Assembly (NCBI GenBank): GCA_032718475.1 | Contig: JAUCBJ010006204.1 | Location: forward strand, 1 to 32,128 | Length of the DNA stretch: 32,128 bases | From: Nemertoderma westbladi | Taxonomy: Eukaryota > Animalia > Xenacoelomorpha | Reading direction: 5' to 3' | In this document: piece by piece, positions 1 through 10,500 of the stretch | How the letters are laid out: each line of letters begins with the position of its first letter | Numbering within the stretch: position 1 is the stretch's first letter | Translations under genes and position numbers: made by a program | The notes under the pieces: generated by a model | The model's input: the letters and a program-made list of their open reading frames with translations, nothing else | Databases searched by the model: none | Told to the model about the DNA's origin: nothing

Positions 1-763
1 ATATTGTCATACTATGCCAGGTTTATACATTTTCAGTGTGTGAAGGTAGGCCCATACATTCTATGTTATCTTTTATAAGTGCGCTACATTATTATATGGA
101 TAGAGAGGATAGGTATGGTATGCCTTAGTATAGTTATACAATGCCCACAGTAATTATCAGCAGCTTTAGTAAACCTTCCCTATTGGCCAACCTGTCCACA
201 ATATCTAATATTACTCAACCAGTGTTTCTCCTTGTTTATAAGGTGTATATCTCTCTGATTGGCTCACATGCAATGTTTATTTATCTCATATGTACTTTCC
301 TGTGGGTTTATATTGCCTTACATATTTCCTATATGATATAGCGGCTGTTATAGCTAGTTATCTGACAGTGACACTGAAGCGTTAGGGAAGCACAGCCGGT
401 TTCAGTATGTTTAGAGTTGGATCTTTCATTAATGTATTAACATCATAACAATTAAGATTACTGATTAAACCACATAAATCTACTTATCAACATTATTGCA
501 ATTATCATTATTATTAACGTTACCGTATACATTAACATAGTGCATTAATTATATTCATCTTGTTATCTTAGTGTAATTTAGAAATGCTATTGAGATTATA
601 TTGACAATTATTATTATTATATTTCATTTATATTTATACATGTTCTTTTAGCTAAGGTTAGATGCTTACATACATATGACAAATGACACAACTCAAAGGT
701 CCATCCTGTTTCGTTTATTGATTTAGTTTATAAACATATCAACGACCGAGTTGTGCGTTGATA

Positions 764-1751
764 TGTACGGATGCATATGTCTCGACGAGGGGTGTACGGA
801 TCCATATGTCTCAAAGAGGGGTGTACGGATCCATATGTAGGGGTGTACGGATGCATATGTCTCATTAAGGGGTGTATGGATCCATATGTCTCGACGAGGG
901 GTGTACGGATCCATATTACCCAACGAGGGGTGTACGGATGCATACGAGGGGTCTACGGATACATATGTCTCGACGAGGGGTGTACGGATCCATATGTCTC
1001 AACGAGGGGTGTACGGATCCATGTCTCAAAGATGGGTGTACGGATCCATATGTCTCAACGAGGGGTCTGCGGATACAATGTCTCGACGAGGGGTGTACGG
1101 ATCCATATGTCTCAACGAGGGGTGTACGGATCCATATGTCTCAAAGACGGGTGTACGGATGCATATGTCTCAACGAAGGGTGGACGGATCCATATGTCTC
1201 AAAGAGGGGTGTACGGATCCATATGTCTCAACGAGGGGTGTACGGATCCATATGCCTCAAAGAGGGGTGTACGGATCCATATGTCTCAAAGAGGGGTGTA
1301 CGGATGCATATGTCTCGACGAGGGGTGTACGGATCCTTATGTCTCGACGAGGGGTGTACGGATCCATGTCTCAATAAGGGGTGTACCGATACATATGTCT
1401 CAACGAAGGGTGGACGGATCCATATGTCTCAAAGAGGGGTGTACGGATCCATATGTCTCAACGAGGGGTGTACGGATCCATATGTCTCAAAGAGGGGTGT
1501 ACGGATCCATATGTCTCGACGAGGGGTGTACGGATCTATATGTCTCGACGAGGGGTGTACGGATCCATATGTCTTGACGAGGGGTGTACGGATCCATATG
1601 TCACAACGAGGGGTGTACGGATCCATATGTTTCGACGAGGGGTGTACGGATCAATATGTTTCGACGAGGGGTGTGCGGATCCATATGTCCCAACGAGGGG
1701 TGTACTGATCCATATGTCTCGACGAGGGTGTACGGATCCATATGTCTCAAC
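764..1751. repeat. Minisatellite, 29-bp unit (GTACGGATCCATATGTCTCAACGAGGGGT), about 34 copies, intronic
   Basis: GTACGG recurs at 1441 and 1470 (period 29). Units carry substitutions and small indels. The ORFs at 771-1799 are its translations. Confidence 0.95.
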
Positions 1752-1939
1752 AAAGTGAAGGAGGAATTTATGATTGCTTTAAAAACTTGGGGCTTTTAGC
1801 GAAGGACACCATGCATAAAAACGCAATTGCTATAAGGGCGTTCAATAGCAACAATAGAAGGTACTATCAAACGACAATAATTTACAACATTTAGTGGGTT
1901 GAACAATAACACAATGTAATAATTATACGTAATGACCAC

Positions 1940-2020
1940 CTGAGACTTTAAGTCCTGGTTGTCTTCCATGAGACGTTCAAGTCTCGCCTGTACGGCAACT
2001 AAAGCTCCTTGGATGTCATC
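1940..2020 (-). CDS. DAAM: DAAM formin coding exon D (coiled coil: DDIQGALVAVQARLERLMEDNQDLKSQ)
   Basis: Acceptor ttctgccag|GAT, phase 0, continues exon C (RQEK|DDIQ) as in the DAAM 'QEKEEMM' coiled coil. 81 nt. The donor CAG|gtggtc is weak, so the 3' boundary is less certain. Confidence 0.75.
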
Positions 2021-2593
2021 CTGGCAGAACGGCGATTAATGGAAATTACAATTAATTTAATGAGATTACACAATATTAGTGTCCTACCACCCCCCACCCA
2101 TCTATCATAAAGTAGGGACGTTTAGTGCAGAATACTGAAACTAATTTCAAAGAATTTACGTTTTCCATCATACATTAATTACACAGTTGTTATGGACTTC
2201 AGCTTACAAAACAGTAGGCTATACTTTAAGTTTTGAGCATCCATTTCTTTATCGCTTCTACTGTTGTATTGCTGTCGAATAATTGATTTTATTGAATAGG
2301 AATAATTTATAATATGATAATTATATATATTAATTAATTTTTCGATGCTTTTGTTCTTAGCAAAAAATTTAAAATAAATTATAGTTTCAGTATTCAGCAC
2401 TAGAGACGCTAAAGTATATCGATTTTGCATTTCAAGCGATATGATAATCTGTATAAATTTAGGTAGAGTTACTTAAATTAAGGCGCTATTTTTAAGACAA
2501 TGGCTATGTCATTTAGTTGTTAGTATTTAAATAAATAAATATTTATACAAACTACTATATAGCCACATATTATTTAATCCCTTACGTACTAAC

Positions 2594-2695
2594 CTTCTCT
2601 TGTCGTATTGATTCAATCTCCTTCGATTGTTCATCAACACGAGCTACTAGTTCCTCTCTTTCCTTGGCTAGTTCATCTATCTTATCCTTATAAAC
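2594..2695 (-). CDS. DAAM: DAAM formin coding exon C (VYKDKIDELAKEREELVARVDEQSKEIESIRQEK)
   Basis: Acceptor ctactcgccag|GTT and donor AAG|gttagt. 102 nt, phase 0/0, heptad-like coiled coil following NEEEIK. Confidence 0.87.
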
Positions 2696-2945
2696 CTGGC
2701 GAGTAGAAATAAATAAATAATGAAACAATTTAACAGAAATAGAAAGGAGAATCCGTTATTACATTTCTATACAAATCTAGTCTCTGGCAAAAATAAGAGT
2801 AATAGTTTACAGGATTTAAATTAATTTCTAGACGTCCTATTAATATCGTAAAAATAATACATGAACTTCAGAATTTGTAAATTTAATGATAATTTGTAAT
2901 AGAAGTAAATCGAAGTAAAGCCTCGAAATATCAAATTATGCTAAC

Positions 2946-3103
2946 CTTAATTTCTTCTTCATTTACAAGAAGGTCGATAACGTTTTTAATGTTTAGATCA
3001 AGAGGGGCAGTATCAGGACAAGAACCATCTTCTGTTGTTAGAACTACTTGTTGAACCAAACGATCAAACAACTGCCAGTGTTTAGGTGAAGAACCGTGGT
3101 CAA
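2946..3103 (-). CDS. DAAM: DAAM formin coding exon B ((V)DHGSSPKHWQLFDRLVQQVVLTTEDGSCPDTAPLDLNIKNVIDLLVNEEEIK)
   Basis: Acceptor (c)23tttag|TT and donor AAG|gttagc. 158 nt, phase 1/0. Matches the recalled DAAM motif W-x-L-x-DR-x-x-QQ-x-V...PD..PL..NIKNV...LVNE.E.K. Confidence 0.92.
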
Positions 3104-6100
3104 CTAAAGGGGGGGGGGGGGGGGGGGGGGGACCATGGTAAATTAAAAGGGGAAGAACCATGATCAACTAAAGGGGGGGGGGAGAACCATGGTCAACTAA
3201 AGGGGGGAAGAACCATGGTCAACTAAAGGGGGGAAGAACCATGGTCAACTAAAGGGGGGAAGAACCATGGTCAACTAAAGGGGGGAAGAACCATGGTCAA
3301 CTAAAGGGGGGGGGGGGGCATGGTAAATTAAAAGGGGAAGAACCATGATCAACTAAAGGGGGGGGGAGAACCATGGTCAACTAAAGGGTGGAAGAACCAT
3401 GGTCAACTAAAGGGGGGAAGAACCATGGCCAACGAAAGGGGGGAAGAACCATGGTCAACTAAAGGGGGGGGGGAACCATGGTCAACTAAAGGGGGGAAGA
3501 AACATGGTCAACTAAAGGGTGGAAGAACCATGGTCAACTAAAGGGGGGAAGAACCATGGTCAACTAAAGGGTGGGAGAACCATGGTCAACTAAAGGGGGG
3601 AAGAACCATGGTCAACTAAAGGGTGGGAGAACCATGGTCAACTAAAGGGGGGGGGGGGGGGGGGGCATGGTAAATTAAAGGGGGAAGAACCATGGTCAAC
3701 TAAAGGGGGGGAGAACCATGGTCAACTAAAGGGGGGAAGAACCATGGTCAACTAAAGGGGGGAAGAACCATGGTCAACTAAAGGGTGGAAGAACCATGGT
3801 CAACTAAAGGGGGGGGAGAACCATGGTCAACTAAAGGGTGGAAGAACCATGGTCAACTAAAGGGGGGGAGAACCATGGTCAACTAAAGGGGGGAAGAACC
3901 ATGGTCAACTAAAGGGTGGAAGAACCATGGTCAACTAAAGTGGGGAAGAACCATGGTCAACTAAAGGGGGGAAGAACCATGGTAAATTAAAGGGGGAAGA
4001 ACCATGGCCAACGAAAGGGGGGAAGAACCATGGCCAACGAAAGGGGGGAAGAACCATGGTCAACTAAAGGGGGGAAGAACCATGGTCAACTAAAGGGGGG
4101 AAGAACCATGGTCAACTAAAGGGTGGAAGAACCATGGTCAACTAAAGGGGGGAAGAACCATGGTCAACTAAAGGGGGGAAGAACCATGGTCAACTAAAGG
4201 GTGGAAGAACCATGGTCAACTAAAGGGGGGGAGAACCATGGTCAACTAAAGGGGGGAAGAACCATGGTCAACTAAAGGGTGGAAGAACCATGGTCAACTA
4301 AAGTGGGGAAGAACCATGGTCAACTAAAGGGGGGGAGAACCATGGTCAACTAAAGTGGGGAAGAACCATGGTCAACTAAAGGGGGGAAGAACCATGGTAA
4401 ATTAAAGGGGGAAGAACCATGGCCAACGAAAGGGGGGAAGAACCATGGCCAACGAAAGGGGGGAAGAACCATGGTCAACTAAAGGGGGGAAGAACCATGG
4501 TCAACTAAAGGGGGGAAGAACCATGGTCAACTAAAGGGTGGAAGAACCATGGTCAACTAAAGGGGGGAAGAACCATGGTCAACTAAAGGGGGGAAGAACC
4601 ATGGTCAACTAAAGGGTGGAAGAACCATGGTCAACTAAAGGGGGGGAGAACCATGGTCAACTAAAGGGGGGAAGAACCATGGTCAACTAAAGGGTGGAAG
4701 AACCATGGTCAACTAAAGTGGGGAAGAACCATGGTCAACTAAAGGGGGGGAGAACCATGGTCAACTAAAGTGGGGAAGAACCATGGTCAACTAAAGAGGG
4801 GAAGAACCATGCTCAACTAAAGGGGGGGAGAACCATGGTCAACTAAAGGGGGGAAGAACAATGGTCAACTAAAGGGTGGAAGAACCATGGTCAACTAAAG
4901 TGGGGAAGAACCATGGTCAACTAAAGTGGGGAAGAACCATGGTCAACTAAAGGGTGGAAGAACCATGGTCAACTAAAGGGGGGAAGAACCATGGTCAACT
5001 AAAGGGGGGAAGAACCATGGTCAACTAAAGGGTGGAAGAACCATGGTCAACTAAAGGGGGGAAGAACCATGGTCAACTAAAGGGGGGAAGAACCATGGTC
5101 AACTAAAGGGTGGAAGAACCATGGTCAACTAAAGTGGGGAAGAACCATGTTCAACTAAAGGGGGGAAGAACCATGCTCAACTAAAGGGGGGAAGAACCAT
5201 GGTCAACTAAAGGGGGGAAGAACAATGGTCAACTAAAGGGTGGAAGAACCATGGTCAACTAAAGTGGGGAAGAACCATGGTCAACTAAAGGGTGGAAGAA
5301 CCATGGTCAACTAAAGGGGGGAAGAACCATGCTCAACTAAAGGGGGGAAGAACCATGGTCAACTAAAGGGGGGAAGAAACATGGTCAACTAAAGGGGGGA
5401 AGAACCATGGTCAACTAAAGGGGGGAAGAAACATGGTCAACTAAAGGGTGGAAGAACCATGGTCAACTAAAGGGGGGAAGAACCATGGTCAACTAAAGGG
5501 GGGAAGAACCATGGTCAACTAAAGGGGGGAAGAACCATGGTCAACTAAAGGGGGGAAGAAACATGGTCAACTAAAGGGTGGAAGAACCATGGTCAACTAA
5601 AGGGTGGAAGAACCATGGTCAACTAAAGGGGGGAAGAACCATGGTCAACTAAAGTGGGGAAGAACCATGGTCAACTAAAGGGTGGAAGAACCATGGTCAA
5701 CTAAAGGGGGGAAGAACCATGGTCAACTAAAGGGGGGAAGAACCATGGTCAACTAAAGGGGGGAAGAACCATGGTCAACTAAATGGGGGAAGAACCATGC
5801 TCAACTAAAGTGGGGAAGAACCATGGTCAACTAAAGGGTGGAAGAACCATGGTCAACTAAAGGGGGGAAGAACCATGGTCAACTAAAGGGGGGAAGAACC
5901 ATGGTCAACTAAAGGGGGGAAGAACCATGGTCAACTAAAGTGGGGAAGAACCATGGTCAACTAAAGGGTGGAAGAACCATGGTCAACTAAAGGGGGGAAG
6001 AAACATGGTCAACTAAAGGGTGGAAGAACCATGGTCAACTAAAGGGGGGAAGAACCATGGTCAACTAAAGGGGGGAAGAACCATGGTCAACTAAAGGGGG

Positions 6101-6393
6101 GAAGAACCATGGTCAACTAAAGGGGGGAAGAACCATGGTCAACTAAAGGGGGGGGGAAGAACCATGGTAAACTAAAGGGGGGGAAGAACCATGGTAAACT
6201 AAAGGGGGGAAGAACCATGGTCAACTAAAGGGGGGAAGAACCATGGTCAACTAAAGTGGGGAAGAACCATGGTCAACTAAAGGGGGGAAGAACCATGGTC
6301 AACTAAAGGGGGGAAGAACCATGGTCAACTAAAGGGGGGAAGAACCATGGTCAACTAAAGGGTGGAAGAACCATGGTCAACTAAAGAGGGGAA
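3088..6393. repeat. Minisatellite, 26-bp unit (minus strand TTGACCATGGTTCTTCCCCCCTTTAG), about 125 copies, derived from the intron/exon B junction
   Basis: CCATGG at 3187 and 3213 gives period 26. The unit is the last 10 nt of the intron plus the first 16 nt of exon B (CAC->CAT). Confidence 0.95.
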
Positions 6394-6425
6394 TAATATG
6401 TAACTCATATTTACGAGTAAGGAGA

Positions 6426-6658
6426 CAGAGCCGAGCATGGACTCCAATACAAGAATATTTGATGTATTTTATGCGACTTACATAGCCTGGATAGCCCATT
6501 CAATGCTGCCCATGCCTTCCCTACCTATTCGAAGGTCTTAACGTGATTTTCGGAACCAATCCCGTGTAGCCCACATGATTAAGCACACCATCTTAGAGCT
6601 TGTTCTCATACTATCAGACATATCCTGACGATTGTCGAAGTTAACTGTCCAAAATTTC
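6426..6658 (-). mobile_element. Degenerate RTE-clade LINE fragment (RT C-terminal part)
   Basis: Aligns by eye to about 30115-30400, e.g. gctgcccatgccttccctacctattcgaaggt vs gctgcccatgcctttcccttacgtattcgaaggt, and aagttaactgtc in both. Confidence 0.75.
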
Positions 6659-6889
6659 ACATAGGGGGTGGGGGTTTCGACGCAATCGAAATTCATCCTC
6701 TCTCCAGGGGAAAGTTGATTCAAATAACAGCTGCTTGTTCTCAAAAATTAAATTGTAGCCTGTTCTATTTGTCTTTCGTTTATTGTTTTGGTTAGAATAA
6801 CGTGCCATTGTAACCAGCTCCTTTCCCCAAATTGATGTTTTAACATTGTGACAGAATATTAATTCCCTAAGATTGATTCAATTTCAAGT

Positions 6890-6917
6890 CCCCCCCCCCC
6901 CCCCCCCCTTTTTTTTT
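6890..6917. repeat. Homopolymer run C19 followed by T9
   Basis: Directly visible. Confidence 0.9.
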
Positions 6918-6974
6918 GGACACTAGAAGCACCTTGTTCCAATTAACTGAACAAATCTGTAAACGTCTTATGTA

Positions 6975-7520
6975 CCTGTGACACCAGCAGCTCACAAGTC
7001 ACAATTGTCGATGAACCATCGTATAGTTATCGGATTGCTAGAATAATTTCCTCCGGAATCCCATATGCCAGTATGCCGAACATACGTGGTCGGGAGACTG
7101 AGGTCGAAGGCTTTAAAGAAGTCAACAAAGATTACAGCCAGATGCCTGTCTTTCTTTGTTGGTAACTCTTCGAGATTCTGTTTTATTCTATGGGACTTCA
7201 AAATCCCGGGGAGAATATTCAATATTGCTCATATCCGAAAGTCTTCACCTGACTTCCGGATCCATGATCCCAAGTAGCAGAACTCATCCACATGCTCACG
7301 CAAGCCATCCCATCAGAGGATGTCAAGGTGGATGTCATAAGGGATGTCAAGGTTCACAATTTTGGTCTTCTTGGAGTTTACAAAAAGACCAACACTAGAA
7401 GCAACCTGCTACAATGAACAGAGGAGCCTTTGGGCTCCCTCTAGTGATTCTGATAGTACCCCTACGTCATCAGCAAAGTCTAGATCAGTTAGGTACTTGC
7501 AGGATTTCCTCGACTTCTGG
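6975..7520 (-). mobile_element. Degenerate, rearranged RTE LINE fragments of the same family as 29916-31690
   Basis: Encodes KKDRHLAVIFVDFFKAFD (about 7085-7160) and the KYLTDLDFADD block (tcatcagcaaagtctagatcagttaggtacttg, identical to about 30505). It is cut at 7520 by the 47-bp array. Confidence 0.88.
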
Positions 7521-10500
7521 ACTTGCCCTGCTTACTACCCTTCACTGTTCCTTCCTGGTGCTGTCCTTGCCCTGCTCACTCCCATCCTTCACTGTTCCGT
7601 ACTGGTGCTGTCCTTGCCCTGCTCACTCCCACCCTTCACTGTTCCTTCCTGGTGCTGTCCTTGCCCTGGTCACTCCCATCCTTGACTGTTCCGTCCTGGT
7701 GCTGTCCTTGCCCTGCTCACTCCCATCCTTGACTGTTCCGTACTGGTGCTGTCCTTGCCCTGCTCACTCCCACCCTTCACTGTTCCTTCCTGGTGCTGTC
7801 CTTGCCCTGCTCACTCCCATCCTTGACTGTTCCGTACTGGTGCTGTCCTTGCCCTGCTCACTCCCACCCTTCACTGTTCCTTCCTGGTGCTGTCCTTGCC
7901 CTGCTCACTCCCACCCTTCACTGTTCCCTCATGGTGCTGTCCGTCCCTGCTCACTCTCATCCTTCACTGTTCCTTCCTGGTGCTGTCCTTGCCCTGCTCA
8001 CTCCCATCCTTCACTGTTCCGTACTGGTGCTGTCCTTGCCCTGCTCACTCCCACCCTTCACTGTTCCTTCCTGGTGCTATCCTTGCCCTGGTCACTCCCA
8101 TCCTTGACTGTTCCGTCCTGGTGCTGTCCTTGCCCTGCTCACTCCCATCCTTGACTGTTCCGTACTGGTGCTGTCCTTGCCCTGCTCACTCCCACCCTTC
8201 ACTGTTCCTTCCTGGTGCTGTCCTTGCCCTGCTCACTCCCATCCTTGACTGTTCCGTACTGGTGCTGTCCTTGCCCTGCTCACTCCCATCCTTGACTGTT
8301 CCGTACTGGTGCTGTCCTTGCCCTGCTCATTCCCACCCTTCACTGTTCCTTCCTGGTGCTGTCCTTGACCTCCTCACTCCCACCCTTGACTGTTCCGTCC
8401 TGGTGCTGTCCTTGCCCTGCTCACTCCCATCCTTGACTGTTCCGTACTGGTGCTGTCCTTGCCCTGCTCACTCCCACCCTTCACTGTTCCTTCCTGGTGC
8501 TGTCCTTGCCCTGCTCACTCCCATCTTTGACTGTTCCGTACTGGTGCTGTCCTTGCCCTGCTCACTCCCACCCTTCACTGTTCCGTCCCGGTGCTGTCAT
8601 TGCCCTGCTCGCTCCCACCCTTCACTGTTCCCTCCCGGTGCTGTCCTTGCCCTGCTCACCCCCACCCTTCACTGTTCCGTACTGGTGCTGTCCTTGCCCT
8701 GCTCACTCCCATCTTTCACTGTTCCGTCCTGGTGCTGTCCTTGCCCTGCTCGCTCCCACCCTTCACTGTTCCCTCCTGGTGCTGTCCTTGCCCTGCTCAC
8801 CCCCACCCTTCACTGTTCCGTACTGGTGCTGTCCTTGCCCTGCTCACTCCCATCTTTCACTGTTCCGTACTGGTGCTGTCCTTGCCCTGCTCACTCCCAC
8901 CCTTCACTGTTCCTTCCTGGTGCTGTCCTTGCCCTGCTCACTCCCATCCTTGACTGTTCCCTCCTGGTGCTGTCCTTGACCTGCTCACTCCCACCCTTCA
9001 CTGTTCCCTCATGGTGCTGTCCTTCCCTGCTCACTCCCATCCTTCACTGTTCCGTCCTGATGCTGTCCTTGACCTGCTTACTCCCACCCTTCACTGTTCC
9101 TTCCCGGTGCTGTCCTTGACCTGCTTACTCCCACCCTTCACTGTTCCTTCCTGGTGCTGTCCTTGCCCTGCTCACTCCCACCCTTCACTGTTCCTTCCTG
9201 GTGCTGTCCTTGCCCTGCTCACTCCCATCCTTGACTGTTCCCTCCTGGTGCTGTCCTTGACCTGCTTACTCCCACCCTTCACTGTTCCTTCCCGGTGCTG
9301 TCCTTGACCTGCTTACTCCCACCCTTTACTGTTCCTTCCTGGTGCTGTCCTTGCCCTGCTCGCTCCCACCCTTCACTGTTCCCTCCTGGTGCTGTCCTTG
9401 CCCTGCTCACCCCCACCCTTCACTGTTCCGTACTGGTGCTGTCCTTGCCCTGCTCACTCCCATCTTTCACTGTTCCGTCCTGGTGCTGTCCTTGCCCTGC
9501 TCACTCCCACCCTTCACTGTTCCGTCCTGGTGCTGTCCTTGCCCTGTTAACTTCCACCCTTTACTGTTCCGTCCTGGTGCTGTCCTTGCCCTGCTCACTC
9601 CCACCCTTCACTGTTCCTTCCTGGTGCTGTCCTTGCCCTGCTACTCCCATCCTTTACTGTTCCATCCTGGTGCTGTCCTTGCCATGCTCACACCCACCCT
9701 TCACTGTTCCTTCCTGGTGCTGTCCTTGCCCTGCTCACTCCCGCCCTTCACTGTTCCGTCCTGGTGCTGTCCTTGCCCTGTTAACTCCCACCCTTCACTG
9801 TTCCTTCCTGGTGCTGTCCTTGCCCTGCTCACTCCCACCCTTCACTGTTCCTTCCTGGTGCTGTCCTTGCCCTGCTACTCCCATCCTTTACTGTTCCATC
9901 CTGGTGCTGTCCTTGCCATGCTCACACCCACCCTTCACTGTTCCTTCCTGGTGCTGTCCTTGCCCTGCTCACTCCCACCCTTCACTGTTCCACCCTGGTG
10001 ATGTCCTTGCCCTGCTCACTACCACCCTTCACTGTTCCACCCTGGTGATGTCCTTGCCCTGCTCACTCCCACCCTTCACTGTTCCTTCCTGGTGCTGTCC
10101 TTGCCCTGCTCACTCCCACCCTTCACTGTTCCACCCTGGTGATGTCCTAGCCCTGCTCACTCCCATCCTTTACTGTTCTATCCTGGTGCTGTCCTTGCCC
10201 TGCTCACTCCCACCCTTCACTGTTCCTTCCTGGTGCTGTCCTTGCACTGCCTACTCCCACCCTTCACTGTTCAGTCCCGGTGCTGTCCTTGCCCTGCTCA
10301 CTCCCATCCTTTACTGTTCCTTCCTGGTGCTGTCCTTGCCCTCCTCACTCCCATCCTTTACTGTTCCATCCTGGTGCTGTCCTTGCCCTGCTCACTCCCA
10401 TCATTGACTGTTCCGTCCTGGTGCTGTCCTTGCCCTGCTCACTCCCACCCTTCACTGTTCCTTCCTGGTGCTGTCCTTGCCCTGCTACTCCCATCCTTCA

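Noticed and set aside
1-720. Next DAAM exon (candidate AGs near 706, 375 and 192) and ORF 141-341
   Set aside because: Candidates hit early stops or lack a pyrimidine tract, and none shows formin similarity. The region reads as AT-rich intron.
723-1799. Cys-rich repeat ORFs
   Set aside because: Translations of the 29-bp minisatellite in all frames.
3104-3167. Poly-proline (PPPPPPPP) as a formin FH1 segment
   Set aside because: It is the intronic C23 tract upstream of the acceptor. FH1 would lie downstream of the coiled coil, beyond exon D.
3104-6382. Canonical recursive splicing through the acceptor array
   Set aside because: Units read AG|TT, not AG|GT, so no 5' splice site is regenerated at the junction.
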